A stretch of 64,000 nucleotides of DNA, taken from positions 337,809-401,808 of the forward strand of contig WRPG01000001.1 of assembly GCA_009773355.1 (NCBI GenBank), given 5' to 3'. The position numbers were made by a program, and so were the translations under genes. The stretch comes from Limisphaerales bacterium. GTDB lineage: Bacteria > Verrucomicrobiota > Verrucomicrobiia > Limisphaerales > SXTU01. A model generated the notes under the pieces. The model searched no databases, had not been told where the DNA came from, and saw only the letters and a list, made by a program, of their open reading frames with translations. The stretch's first letter is position 1. Each line of letters begins with the position of its first letter. This document shows, piece by piece, positions 37,401 to 46,332 of this stretch.

Positions 37401-38286
37401 TCTCCCCAGCCCTCTCCCCGCTCGTGCCTCGCAGGGCGAGGGAGCCGGAGGCGCTGGGCTGGTCACGTTGCTCGCCGATTCGGTCACGCTCGCGCTGTCG
37501 GACACCAACTCCCTCGTCCGCCGCGAAGCCGTGAAGCTCGCCGCTGCCGCGAACCCGACCGCCGCCGTGCCGTTGCTCGCGCGCGTGCTCGCGGAGGAAA
37601 AGGACTTCCGCCTCCGCCAAGCCGCGCTCACCGCGCTCGGCGACCTGCCCGGCCCCGACGCCGACATCGTGCTGTCCGCGCAGCTCGCGTTGCTCACGGA
37701 CAAGAAACTTTCCCCCGAGCTGCACCTCGAACTTCTCGAGGCCGCCGAGAAGCGCCCGGCGCTTGCCAACGTAGGGCGAGCTTCCAGCTCGCCGCTCCCC
37801 TTGAACGCGAACCCGGCTCCCGAAGCGGCGAGCAAGATGCTCGCCCTGCGTTTGGTTGCACTCGCCGGTGGCGACGCCGCCGAGGGCAAGCGCGTCTTCA
37901 ACGACCATCCCGGCGCGCAATGCCTCCGCTGCCATGCTGTGCGCGGGACCGGCGGCATCGTTGGCCCAGACCTGCTGGGCGTGGGGAAGCGCCTCACGCG
38001 CGAGCAGCTTTTGGAGAGCATCGTCCTCCCGAACCAGACCCTCGCCGCCGGCTTCGAGAACGCGACCATCGTGTTGAAGGGCGGCTCGAACCACAGCGGT
38101 CTCGTGAAATCCGAGACGGCCACCGAACTGGTCTTGGACTCGCCCGAGGACGGCAAACTCACGCTGAAGAAGGCGGACATCGAAAAACGTATCCGTGGTT
38201 TGTCCGCGATGCCGGAGGGCGTGGACAAGCTGATGACGCGTCGCGAGCTGCGGGACTTGGTGGAGTATCTGAGCGGGCTGAAGTGA
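34420..38286 (+). CDS. PVC-type membrane-bound-dehydrogenase-like beta-propeller / HEAT-repeat / C-terminal CxxCH heme-binding protein
   Basis: N-terminal LVAAEPLLQNPVAFSVDERGRFFIAE (TIGR02604-like), central HEAT repeats, C-terminal CLRCHAVRGTGGIVGPDL (TIGR02603-like). ATG 34420 gives a signal peptide. The ORF track start at 34372 lies in a heptamer array. Confidence 0.9.
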   Translation: MVCFTVAFATLALPLPCPAQHSTNTAAEAKLKQLQVAPGLKVELVAAEPLLQNPVAFSVDERGRFFIAETHRYKKAVFDITQRVPWLLDDLSCRTVADREALLRRHFPGTNFSVLTNDSEIIRLVEDTDGDGRADKSSIVATGFNAPTAGPAAGILARKGEVWFTCLPDLWRITNYDLRITSPSPSGAPLVNRKSQIASGLGVHISVTGHDLHGLTFGPDGRLYFSLGDRGFELRPGMKHPGFSADYLRRIAPDTGAVFRCQPDGSELEIFCIGLRNPQGLAFDALGNLFTVDNDTAGPDKCRLLHLVGGGDYGWRISYQHMKNFGPWVTEGLWRGGAGDILPTSGEAAQGPAGFAFYPGTGLPDRYTNHFFICDFPGGVWSLSLKPRGASFELAAREKFLWNLLPTHCAFGPDGALYVSDWVEGWGQSEKGRIYRVSDPAQVGSAKLADVKRLLAEGMEKRTIVELGKLLGHSDERVRQAAQFGFVQRTVSILKQKKDGRLNYRDDTQPLDELLPLAYDLHKNNQPRGGATIARLHAVSALAQIARLKGTVVGFPVVSSGAKGPPGPYEEAIGWHVAPLLLLQRDPVELRSATLKLTAGITAETPYWHTWKYYLQPCLRDIEPRVRFEAAMAIAHLRNPVFAGLPEQLLRSNADTDPYLTHAGMMALLGIGDFDAIQRAARDESPAVRRAAMLCMQRLLRPEIAQFLRDPDPRLVLEAARAINDAGIESAYPALAALVARHSNVVTAAPPSPSAPTGPQAAATTRHWNVELQESLRRRALNAHYRLGHATNAQALAEFATSTNASDTLRAESLFLLGAWKIQPATPGNVPAKIASVDGHGSTPLVNPENWPGWFDHVCGLWRPLPPRDATAARDALVARHSNVVTSGTDSATTRHRNVELPAPLFVHLLHAPGTNTVLAAIAAVEKLALTEAAPHLAELVKAPSQPAPIRVAALRTLGQLSGNGTRASSPSLPQSGGEGRGEEARPAGKTSSPLPSPLPARASQGEGAGGAGLVTLLADSVTLALSDTNSLVRREAVKLAAAANPTAAVPLLARVLAEEKDFRLRQAALTALGDLPGPDADIVLSAQLALLTDKKLSPELHLELLEAAEKRPALANVGRASSSPLPLNANPAPEAASKMLALRLVALAGGDAAEGKRVFNDHPGAQCLRCHAVRGTGGIVGPDLLGVGKRLTREQLLESIVLPNQTLAAGFENATIVLKGGSNHSGLVKSETATELVLDSPEDGKLTLKKADIEKRIRGLSAMPEGVDKLMTRRELRDLVEYLSGLK
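34936..35011. repeat. intragenic palindromic element with TTACGAA/TTACGAT heptamer arms
   Basis: Left arm ATTACGAATTACGATTTACGAATTACGAG and right arm CTCGTAAATCGTAAATCCCAAATCG. Translated in frame as ITNYDLRITSPSPSGAPLVNRKSQIAS. Confidence 0.88.
36634..36736. repeat. intragenic palindromic element, family D, copy 1
   Basis: Arms GTAGCACGACATTCCAATGTCGTG (36634-36657) and CTCGACATTGGAATGTCGAGCTAC (36713-36736). Each arm is itself a hairpin. Confidence 0.9.
37051..37123. repeat. intragenic palindromic element, family D, copy 2
   Basis: Identical left arm at 37051-37074. Right arm CTCGACATCGGAATGTCGAGCTAC at 37100-37123. Same reading frame as copy 1. Confidence 0.9.
37346..37424. repeat. intragenic palindromic element, family E (GGAGAGGGCCGGGGAGAG / CTCTCCCCAGCCCTCTCC)
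   Basis: Complementary purine-rich and pyrimidine-rich arms. A related intergenic copy lies at about 57690-57740, and a half-copy at about 45440-45470. Confidence 0.75.
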
Positions 38287-38304
38287 CGGGGCTCCCGATA
38301 GATT

Positions 38305-38371
38305 CCACACAGATTCGGGGCGGAACACAGATTTAACATTCCCATCTGTGCTCCGCCCTGAATCTGTGTGG
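38305..38371. repeat. palindromic element after the large gene (CACAGAT units)
   Basis: 28-nt arms 38305-38332 and 38344-38371 with 2 mismatches. The loop contains AGATTTAAC. It may also act as a transcript-end hairpin. Confidence 0.88.
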
Positions 38372-38434
38372 CCGTTCCAGATCGCCAAAAAAGAAATCGC
38401 CCGGCCAAGCGCCATTCCCCATAGTCCGCGCCAC

Positions 38435-39313
38435 ATGAAGTCCATGACGGGATACGGTCGCGGCGAGTGCGCGCGGGACGGCTTCAAGGTCACGGTGGAG
38501 CTTAGTTCGGTGAACCGGAAGTCCGGGGAAATCACGCTGAACCTGCCGCGCGACCTCGAACCGCTCGAAGCGCAGGTGCGCGACGAAATCAACAAGCGCA
38601 TCTCGCGTGGCCGACTCAACGTGCGCGTAGCCGTCCACGAGGGCGAGGACGCCGGGACTGCCGCGCAGGTCAACACGGCGCTGGCGAAGGCGTATGCGGC
38701 GGAGTTCTCCAAGCTGGCGACGGAGTTGAACCTCACCGGCGGCGTGACGTTGGAGGCTTTGATGCGGGCGCCCGGCGTGCTGGAAGTCGAGGAGGACGCG
38801 GCGGACGCCGAGACTTACTGGCCAGTGGTGCAGACGGCTTTGCTGCAAGGGCTGGATGCGCTGGTCAAGATGCGGGAGCGCGAGGGGGAACACCTGGCGG
38901 CGGACTTGGCGGAGCGAATCGAGTTGATTCGTGCGGCGGCGGGACGCATCGGAGCACAGGCCCCGCTGGTGCAGGTGCAGTTCCGCGCACGCCTGCTGGA
39001 GCGCATCAAGGCAGCGGGGCTGGAAGGCATCGCGGCGGATGACGAGCGGATGTTGAAGGAGGTCGTGCTTTTCGCGGACCGCTCCGACATCACTGAGGAG
39101 CTGACGCGGCTGCAAAGTCATTTCAAACAGTTCACCGACTGCCTGAAGGCGAAGGAGCCGGTCGGGCGCACGCTGGATTTTCTTTCGCAGGAGATGAACC
39201 GCGAAATCAACACCATCGGCTCCAAGGCGCAGGACGCGGTCATCTCGCGCGAGGTGGTGCAGGTAAAGGCGGAGCTGGAGCGCTTCCGCGAGCAGGTGCA
39301 AAACGTGGAATAA
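38435..39313 (+). CDS. yicC: YicC-family stress-induced protein
   Basis: MKSMTGYGRGE N-terminus and C-terminal LDFLSQEMNREINTIGSKA block. Confidence 0.9.
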   Translation: MKSMTGYGRGECARDGFKVTVELSSVNRKSGEITLNLPRDLEPLEAQVRDEINKRISRGRLNVRVAVHEGEDAGTAAQVNTALAKAYAAEFSKLATELNLTGGVTLEALMRAPGVLEVEEDAADAETYWPVVQTALLQGLDALVKMREREGEHLAADLAERIELIRAAAGRIGAQAPLVQVQFRARLLERIKAAGLEGIAADDERMLKEVVLFADRSDITEELTRLQSHFKQFTDCLKAKEPVGRTLDFLSQEMNREINTIGSKAQDAVISREVVQVKAELERFREQVQNVE

Positions 39314-39320
39314 TGAGAGT

Positions 39321-39409
39321 GACAAGTGACAAGTGGCAGGTGGCGGGTGAGGCGCGCGGCTGGCGACGGCCGGTCATTCCCCATTCCCCATTCCCCATTC
39401 CCCATTCCC
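39321..39409. repeat. two heptamer arrays upstream of gmk (GACAAGT-type x4-5 and CATTCCC x5)
   Basis: GACAAGT GACAAGT GGCAGGT GGCGGGT spans 39321-39348. CATTCCC x5 spans 39375-39409 and ends 7 nt before ATG 39417. Confidence 0.9.
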
Positions 39410-39416
39410 TTCTCTG

Positions 39417-40037
39417 ATGAGCCAGAAGAACAACACGCTGTTGATTGTGCTGTCCGCGCCCTCCGGCGGCGGGAAGACGACGTTGTGCGAGCAGATGCTG
39501 CGGGACAACCCGAACATGAGCCGCGCGGTGACTTGCACGACGCGCGCGCCGCGCGACGGCGAGAAGGACGGCGTGGATTACTACTTCCTGACGGCGGAGG
39601 ATTTTCTCAAGCGCGTGCAGGCGGGGAACTTCCTCGAACACGCGACGGTTTATGGCAACAGCTACGGGACGTTGAAGTCCGAGGTGCTGGGCAAGCTGCG
39701 CGCGGGCAAGGATGTGCTGCTGGCGGTGGACGTGCAGGGCGCGGCGGCCATCCGTGCGCAGGCAGAGCAAGAGGGCGAGTTGGAGCGCGCGCTGGTGGAG
39801 GTGTTCCTCACGCCGGAGTCGCTGGCAGTGCTGGAGCAGCGGCTCAAGAAGCGCGGGAAGGACGCGCCCGACGCCATCAAGAAGCGGCTGGCGGTCGCGA
39901 AGCAGGAAATCGCGCAGTGGAAGCACTTCGACTACCTGCTCATCAGCACCAGCGTCCGCGAAGACGTGCGCCGGATGCAGGCCATTTACGACGCGGAGAA
40001 GATGCGGCAGGCGCGGTCAACGGCACCGGAGGTGTGA
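39417..40037 (+). CDS. gmk: guanylate kinase
   Basis: SAPSGGGKTT P-loop, TTRAPRDGEKDGVDYYF, YGNSYGT. Confidence 0.95.
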   Translation: MSQKNNTLLIVLSAPSGGGKTTLCEQMLRDNPNMSRAVTCTTRAPRDGEKDGVDYYFLTAEDFLKRVQAGNFLEHATVYGNSYGTLKSEVLGKLRAGKDVLLAVDVQGAAAIRAQAEQEGELERALVEVFLTPESLAVLEQRLKKRGKDAPDAIKKRLAVAKQEIAQWKHFDYLLISTSVREDVRRMQAIYDAEKMRQARSTAPEV

Positions 40038-40070
40038 GGGCGATGAAGGCGCTTCAAATCCTGCTGGCTG

Positions 40071-40144
40071 GTGCTGCGTGTTGCGTGTTGCGTGGGGACG
40101 ACAACGGTGCTCATTTCTGACACGCAACCCGCAACCCGCAACCC
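40071..40144. repeat. palindromic heptamer element (GTGYTGC / CNCGCAA), same family as 25542
   Basis: Left arm GTGCTGC GTGTTGC GTGTTGC GTGG (40071-40094). Right arm CACGCAA CCCGCAA CCCGCAA CCCG (40121-40144), ending 9 nt before the coaC ATG. Confidence 0.9.
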
Positions 40145-40153
40145 GTTTCAAGC

Positions 40154-40732
40154 ATGAGCAAGGCAAGCCAGCGCACCTCCGCCCGCGACCGCCCGCCGGT
40201 CGTCATCCTCGGCGTGACCGGCTCCATCGCGGCCTACAAGGCGGCGGACTTGTGCAGCCAGCTTGTGAAGCAGGGCTGCGACGTGCGCGTGGTGATGACC
40301 GCCGACGCGCAGAAGTTCATCACGCCCCTGCCCTTCAAGACCCTCTCGCGTCACGCGGTGGTGACAGACTTGTATGACGAGGAGGAGGGCTGGCAGCCCA
40401 CGCACATCCGGCTCGCGGACGAGGCGGACCTGCTGCTCATCGCCCCCGCCACCGCAAACTGCCTGGCGAAGCTGGCGCATGGCCTCGCGGATGACGCCTT
40501 GAGCAGCATCGCGTTGGCCTTGAACCCGCAGGCAAAACTGCTCCTCGCGCCGGCAATGAACGGCAAGATGTGGCTGCACCCGGCGACGCAGGCCAACGTC
40601 CGCACGCTCACGGCGCGCGGCGCGAAGCTCATCGGCCCGGAGGAAGGGATGTTGTCCTGCGGCTATGAGGGGCTGGGCCGCTTGTGGGATGTGGATGGCA
40701 TCGTCGTCGCCGCACGGAAGCTCCTGAAATGA
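40154..40732 (+). CDS. coaC: phosphopantothenoylcysteine decarboxylase flavoprotein (stand-alone CoaC)
   Basis: GVTGSIAAYKAADL, IAPATANCLAKLAHGLADD and PAMN motifs. 192 aa with no CoaB domain. Confidence 0.88.
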   Translation: MSKASQRTSARDRPPVVILGVTGSIAAYKAADLCSQLVKQGCDVRVVMTADAQKFITPLPFKTLSRHAVVTDLYDEEEGWQPTHIRLADEADLLLIAPATANCLAKLAHGLADDALSSIALALNPQAKLLLAPAMNGKMWLHPATQANVRTLTARGAKLIGPEEGMLSCGYEGLGRLWDVDGIVVAARKLLK

Positions 40733-40736
40733 TGCC

Positions 40737-42304
40737 ATGACGCTCCTGCGCTCCCCCAAGGCGAAGCTGCTCGCGAGCCTGCTCAAGGCTCCCGGGGTTT
40801 CGCCGGAGCAGCAGGCCGACCGCATCCGCTTCATGGAGCGCGATGTGTGCCTGACCATCAAGGTCATCGTCCTCAGCGCCCTCGCTTACTTTCTCCTTTT
40901 CTCCGACTGGTTTGAAGGCGTGCCGGCCCTGGGCGAGACCGACATTGAGACGGTGCGCGGCGCCTTCCGCGCCTATCTCGCCGCCAACGTCATCATCGGG
41001 GCGGTGCTGCTGGCGATGGATTACCTGCCCGTGATGTGGGTGCAATGGGCGGTGTTTGTGATCAACATCGTGGACGGCGCGTTTGTGTCCCTGTTGCTCG
41101 TCATCTCCGGCGGCTTGGAGAGCACGATCTACTGGGTGTTTCTGGTGCTGGTCATCCGCAACTCGGTCAGCATCACAGGCGTCCGGCTGCAGATCGCGGT
41201 CAATCTCTTCATCATCTTGTGCTATCTCTTCGCCGGGTTGCTGGACTTGACCCTGCACGAGCTTAAATGGGGGCAGGAGGAGATCACCCAGACATCCCCG
41301 TCCCCTCCCGCCGCGAGCGCCTCCACGCGAACGCCGACCAATGCCGTCGCCATCACGACGAACGTGCCGAACCCGACGGACGGGACCGGAACCTCCCGGA
41401 CGAGACGCCGGGTCAGCCGGCCCGACACCGGCGACCAGCAACTGGAGGTCGGCCAGGCCCTGCTCCTGGCCATCACCGGATTGTCGGACCGCAACGCCCT
41501 GCAATCCCTCTTCAGCCGCGTGCTGCTCCTGCTGCTGCTGGCCGTCTCGTGCTACGGCATCAACGTGCTGGCCGACCTCCAGCTTCAGGCGGAGGCCGAG
41601 GCCCACGAGTTCGCCATCCGCCAGGAGCAGTTGCGCTCGACCGGGCGGCTCGCGGCGGAAATCGCGCACCAGCTCAAAAACCCGCTGGCCATCATCAACA
41701 ACGCCGCCTTCAGCCTCCAAAAGTCCCTCGGGGACGCCAAGCCCGCCGCACTCCAGCAGGTCGAGATGATCCGTGAGGAGGTCGGGCGCTCAGACCGCAT
41801 CCTCACCGAGCTGATGGGCTACGCGCAGCTCGCCGAGGGCCGCGTGGAGCGGCTCGAGGTGCGGGAGGAAGTGGAGCACGCCCTCCAGCGGGTGTTTCCG
41901 CCGGCGCTGCAGCACGAGGTCAAAATCGAAGTCCGCTGCGCGAAGGATCTGCCCCCCCTGCTCATGCAGCGCGCCCACCTGCGCGAGGCGCTCGTGAACC
42001 TTCTGGCCAATGCCCGCGACGCCTTGCACAGCAAGGGCGCGATTGACGTGAGCGTCCGGCTCGACGAGCGCGGCTGCGTGGTGATCGCCATCACCGACGA
42101 CGGCCCCGGCATCCCGGACTACCAGCGCGAGCACATCTTCGAGCCGTATTTCTCCACCAAGGAAAAGGGCACCGGCCTGGGCCTCGCCATCGTGCGGCAC
42201 AACACGGAGATCTACGGCGGCAAGGCCGCCGTGGAATCCACGCTTGGAAAGGGCACCACGTTCACCCTAACCTTCCCGGCGAAAACAACCATGACCGCCG
42301 CCGC

Positions 42305-42308
<4 letters not shown>
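40737..42308 (+). CDS. multi-TM sensor histidine kinase
   Basis: About five N-terminal TM helices, a low-complexity linker, HisKA-like EIAHQLKNPL, and HATPase DDGPGIP, GTGLGLAIV, GKGTTFTLTFP. Confidence 0.88.
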
Positions 42309-43716
<1,408 letters not shown>

Positions 43717-43720
<4 letters not shown>

Positions 43721-43980
43721 CCCGCATGGCCGAGGGGCTTTCCATCATGCTCGCGGCGGAAATCCTCCCGCCGGAGATTCCCCAGCCCGGGGCCGCCCGG
43801 CCCGGCGGCGGGCCGGACAGCCAGGTGATGCCGATTCTCGGGGCCGCGCTGCTCGTGGTGCTGCCCGTCCTGCTGCTCGTTGCCGTCTCACGCCGCCAGA
43901 AACGCAAGCGGAAGACCCATCTGCCGCGCAACCCGACGCTGGCCGAGACCGGCGGCCTGCCCCCACCACGCCAGCCATGA
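43717..43980 (+). CDS. hypothetical small membrane protein (87 aa)
   Basis: ATGA overlap with the regulator stop. One clear TM (ILGAALLVVLPVLLLVAV) followed by an RRQKRKRK stop-transfer. Confidence 0.5.
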
Positions 43981-43988
43981 AACCAAGC

Positions 43989-44106
43989 CCCCGGAACCCG
44001 TGCCGGCGGTTTGTAACCGCCGTCTTTGGGGAGCAGCCGTTCGAAGCGGCCGCGAGCCATCCACCCGCCATGCGGCGATTGCGAATTGCCGGCACGGCTT
44101 CCGGGG
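43989..44106. repeat. palindromic element (CCCCGGAACCCGTGCCGGC / GCCGGCACGGCTTCCGGGG)
   Basis: 19-nt arms with 1 mismatch and an ~80-nt interior that contains its own hairpin, CGGCGGTT-TGT-AACCGCCG. Confidence 0.8.
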
Positions 44107-44164
44107 CTGAAATCGCGGCTGTTCGCGGGCTGTTGGTTCTCTCCCCGACGACGCCCCGAGCGCC

Positions 44165-44199
44165 CCTTCCGCCTTCCGCGTTCCGCCTTCCGCGTTCCC
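44165..44199. repeat. five tandem heptamers (CCTTCCG CCTTCCG CGTTCCG CCTTCCG CGTTCCC) abutting a start codon
   Basis: The array ends 1 nt before ATG 44201 of the squalene/phytoene synthase-like gene. Confidence 0.9.
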
Positions 44200-44200
44200 G

Positions 44201-45073
44201 ATGAACCCGCCCGTCAGCGCGCAGATCACCCAGCGCAGCGCCTCGAATCTCGCGCTCGCGTTCATCATGCTGCCCAAGCCCAAGCGCGCCGGCATGAGCG
44301 CGCTCTACGCCTTCTGCCGCGAGGTGGACGACGTGGCCGACGAGGAAACCGTGCCGGTGGAACAGCGCCGCGCCCGTCTCGCCGAGTGGCGCACGGACAT
44401 CCTCGCCGCGTGCGAAGGCGGCCAGCCGCAAATCCCCGTGAACCGCGAGTTGCAGCCCTATGTCGTCGCACACCGGATGCCCTTCGCGCTGTTCGACGAC
44501 CTCATTCGCGGCGTGGAGATGGACCTCGATGTCACCCGCTACGAGACATGGGAGCACCTTGAGCAATACTGCTACCGCGTCGCCTCCGTCGTCGGATTGT
44601 TGAGCATAGAAATCTTCGGCTACACCAGCCCCGCCTGCCGCGACTATGCCATCCACTTGGGCAAAGCCCTCCAACTCACGAACATTCTCCGCGACGTGGG
44701 CAACGACGCCGCCCGGGGGCGCATTTACCTCCCGCTCGCCGAGCTGAAGCGACACGAAGTCACCGAGGCGGAAATTTTCGGCGGCGAGTTCTCCCCGCGC
44801 TTCCGCCAGCTCGCCCAGACCACCGCCAGCCGCGCCCGGCATCACTACGCCCGCGCCCGCGCCACCCTGCCGCCGGAAGACCGCAAGGCCATGGTCGCCG
44901 CCGAGTTAATGGGCGCGGTCTATTGGCGGCTCCTGCGCAAACTGGAGGAACAGGATTTCCCCGTGCTGGCACCGACGCCCACGAAGCTGCACAAGCTGCA
45001 AAAGCTCGCCCTCATCCTGCGCACATGGTATCGCTCCGCCACCGGCGCACTGGCGCCGAACTATGGCGTCTGA
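44201..45073 (+). CDS. squalene/phytoene synthase family protein (HpnD/presqualene-diphosphate-synthase-like)
   Basis: YAFCREVDDVADE and NILRDVGNDAARGRIYLP Asp-rich motifs. Confidence 0.88.
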   Translation: MNPPVSAQITQRSASNLALAFIMLPKPKRAGMSALYAFCREVDDVADEETVPVEQRRARLAEWRTDILAACEGGQPQIPVNRELQPYVVAHRMPFALFDDLIRGVEMDLDVTRYETWEHLEQYCYRVASVVGLLSIEIFGYTSPACRDYAIHLGKALQLTNILRDVGNDAARGRIYLPLAELKRHEVTEAEIFGGEFSPRFRQLAQTTASRARHHYARARATLPPEDRKAMVAAELMGAVYWRLLRKLEEQDFPVLAPTPTKLHKLQKLALILRTWYRSATGALAPNYGV

Positions 45074-46322
45074 GCAAGCCCCCGTTCCCGCAAGCCCGAC
45101 TCGTCGCACCCCGCGCGGCGTGGCGGACTTGCCTGTCCGCGAGATGCCAGCCACGAACACCGCCGCTCCGGCCGCCGACCTAGCCAGCTTCAAACCCAAG
45201 CGGCGCGAAGCCCATGGTAGGGCCGACCTGCTGGTCGGTCAGAACGCGCCCAAGCACGACCAAGCCGCGCAGCATCGCGGCCCTACCGACCCATCGCGGG
45301 CTGCGTCCCTCCCTACCCATGAACCGGGCGGAGCGCAAGTGTCCAACCTGCGCGAGGGGACTGAACGGGAACGCGCAGGATGGACTCCTGCGCTCCAGTT
45401 CAAGGGCCGAAATCACGGAAGTTTGGGGATCGCGGATTCTCTCCCAGCAGAGGGCCGGGGTGAGGGAGAAACGCCGTTCACGCGTCACCGGAACGCTCCC
45501 GTTTCGACCCGCCGCCTCATCGTCAACGCCGACGACTTCGGCCGCTCGCAGTCCATCAACCAGGCGGTCATCCGCGCACACCGCGAGGGCATCCTCACCA
45601 CCGCCAGCCTGATGGTGAACGGCGACGCCGTTGACGAGGCCGTCGAACTCGCGAAGCAAAACCCGGCTCTCGGCGTCGGGCTGCACCTCACCCTCGTCTG
45701 CGGCAAGGCCACCTGCGGGCGCATGGAAATTCCCGACCTCGTCAACCCGCTCGGCGAGTTCAGCGATTCACCCGTCGCCGCCGGCACGCGCTACTTTTTC
45801 AACCGCGGCCTGCGCCTCCAGCTCGCCCGCGAGATCGCCGCGCAGTTCGCCCGGTTCAAGGCCACCGGCCTGACCCTCGACCACGTCAACGGACACCTGA
45901 ACCTGCACCTGCACCCGACCGTGTTCGAGCTGCTGGCCTCGCGGTATCAGGAGTGGGGCATCCGCCGCATCCGCATCACCGACGACCCCTACGCGCTGAA
46001 CCGCCGCCTCGCGCGCGGCCAATGGTTCTACCGCGCCAGCCACGCCTTCATCTTCCGCCGCCTCTCCGCCCGCGCCCGGCGCATCCTGTCCCGCTCCGAA
46101 ATCCGCTTCACCGACCACGTCTTCGGCCTGCTGCAAAACGCCCGCGTGGACGAGCGATACATCACGCGCCTGCTGCCCGAGCTGCCGCGCGGCGACTCCG
46201 AGCTTTACTCGCATCCGTCCCTCGACGAGTTTCGCCACGAGTTCGACGCCCTCGTCAGCCCGCGCGTGAAGGCGCTGGTGGCGGAGCAAAACATCCGGCT
46301 CATCCGCTATCAGGACTTGTAA
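45063..46322 (+). CDS. YdjC/ChbG-family deacetylase (HpnK-like); start uncertain
   Basis: The conserved domain begins about 45510 (RLIVNADDFGRSQSINQAV..., GVGLHLTL). The first ~140 codons of the ORF are made of palindromic-element sequence. An alternative in-frame TTG lies at 45423. Confidence 0.8.
   Translation: MASEQAPVPASPTRRTPRGVADLPVREMPATNTAAPAADLASFKPKRREAHGRADLLVGQNAPKHDQAAQHRGPTDPSRAASLPTHEPGGAQVSNLREGTERERAGWTPALQFKGRNHGSLGIADSLPAEGRGEGETPFTRHRNAPVSTRRLIVNADDFGRSQSINQAVIRAHREGILTTASLMVNGDAVDEAVELAKQNPALGVGLHLTLVCGKATCGRMEIPDLVNPLGEFSDSPVAAGTRYFFNRGLRLQLAREIAAQFARFKATGLTLDHVNGHLNLHLHPTVFELLASRYQEWGIRRIRITDDPYALNRRLARGQWFYRASHAFIFRRLSARARRILSRSEIRFTDHVFGLLQNARVDERYITRLLPELPRGDSELYSHPSLDEFRHEFDALVSPRVKALVAEQNIRLIRYQDL
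45216..45287. repeat. palindromic element, family F (GGTAGGGCCGACCTG...GCGGCCCTACC)
   Basis: Outer arms GGTAGGGCCG / CGGCCCTACC with inner hairpin GCCGACC-TGCTG-GTCGGTC. Same family as 50967-51037. Confidence 0.85.
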
Positions 46323-46332
46323 GCCGCCTCGC

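Noticed and set aside
36501-38736. Several 500-600-aa ORFs (36501..38336 +, 36771..38408 -, 37120..38736 -) overlapping the large HEAT/heme gene
   Set aside because: They are alternative-frame or antisense products that are Arg/Pro/Ser/Ala-rich. The chosen frame alone carries the propeller, HEAT and CxxCH motifs.
45063-45422. Genuine N-terminal domain of the YdjC/HpnK-like protein
   Set aside because: The segment consists of recognisable copies of three palindromic-element families and gives low-complexity translation. It is more likely leader or spacer DNA that happens to be open in frame.
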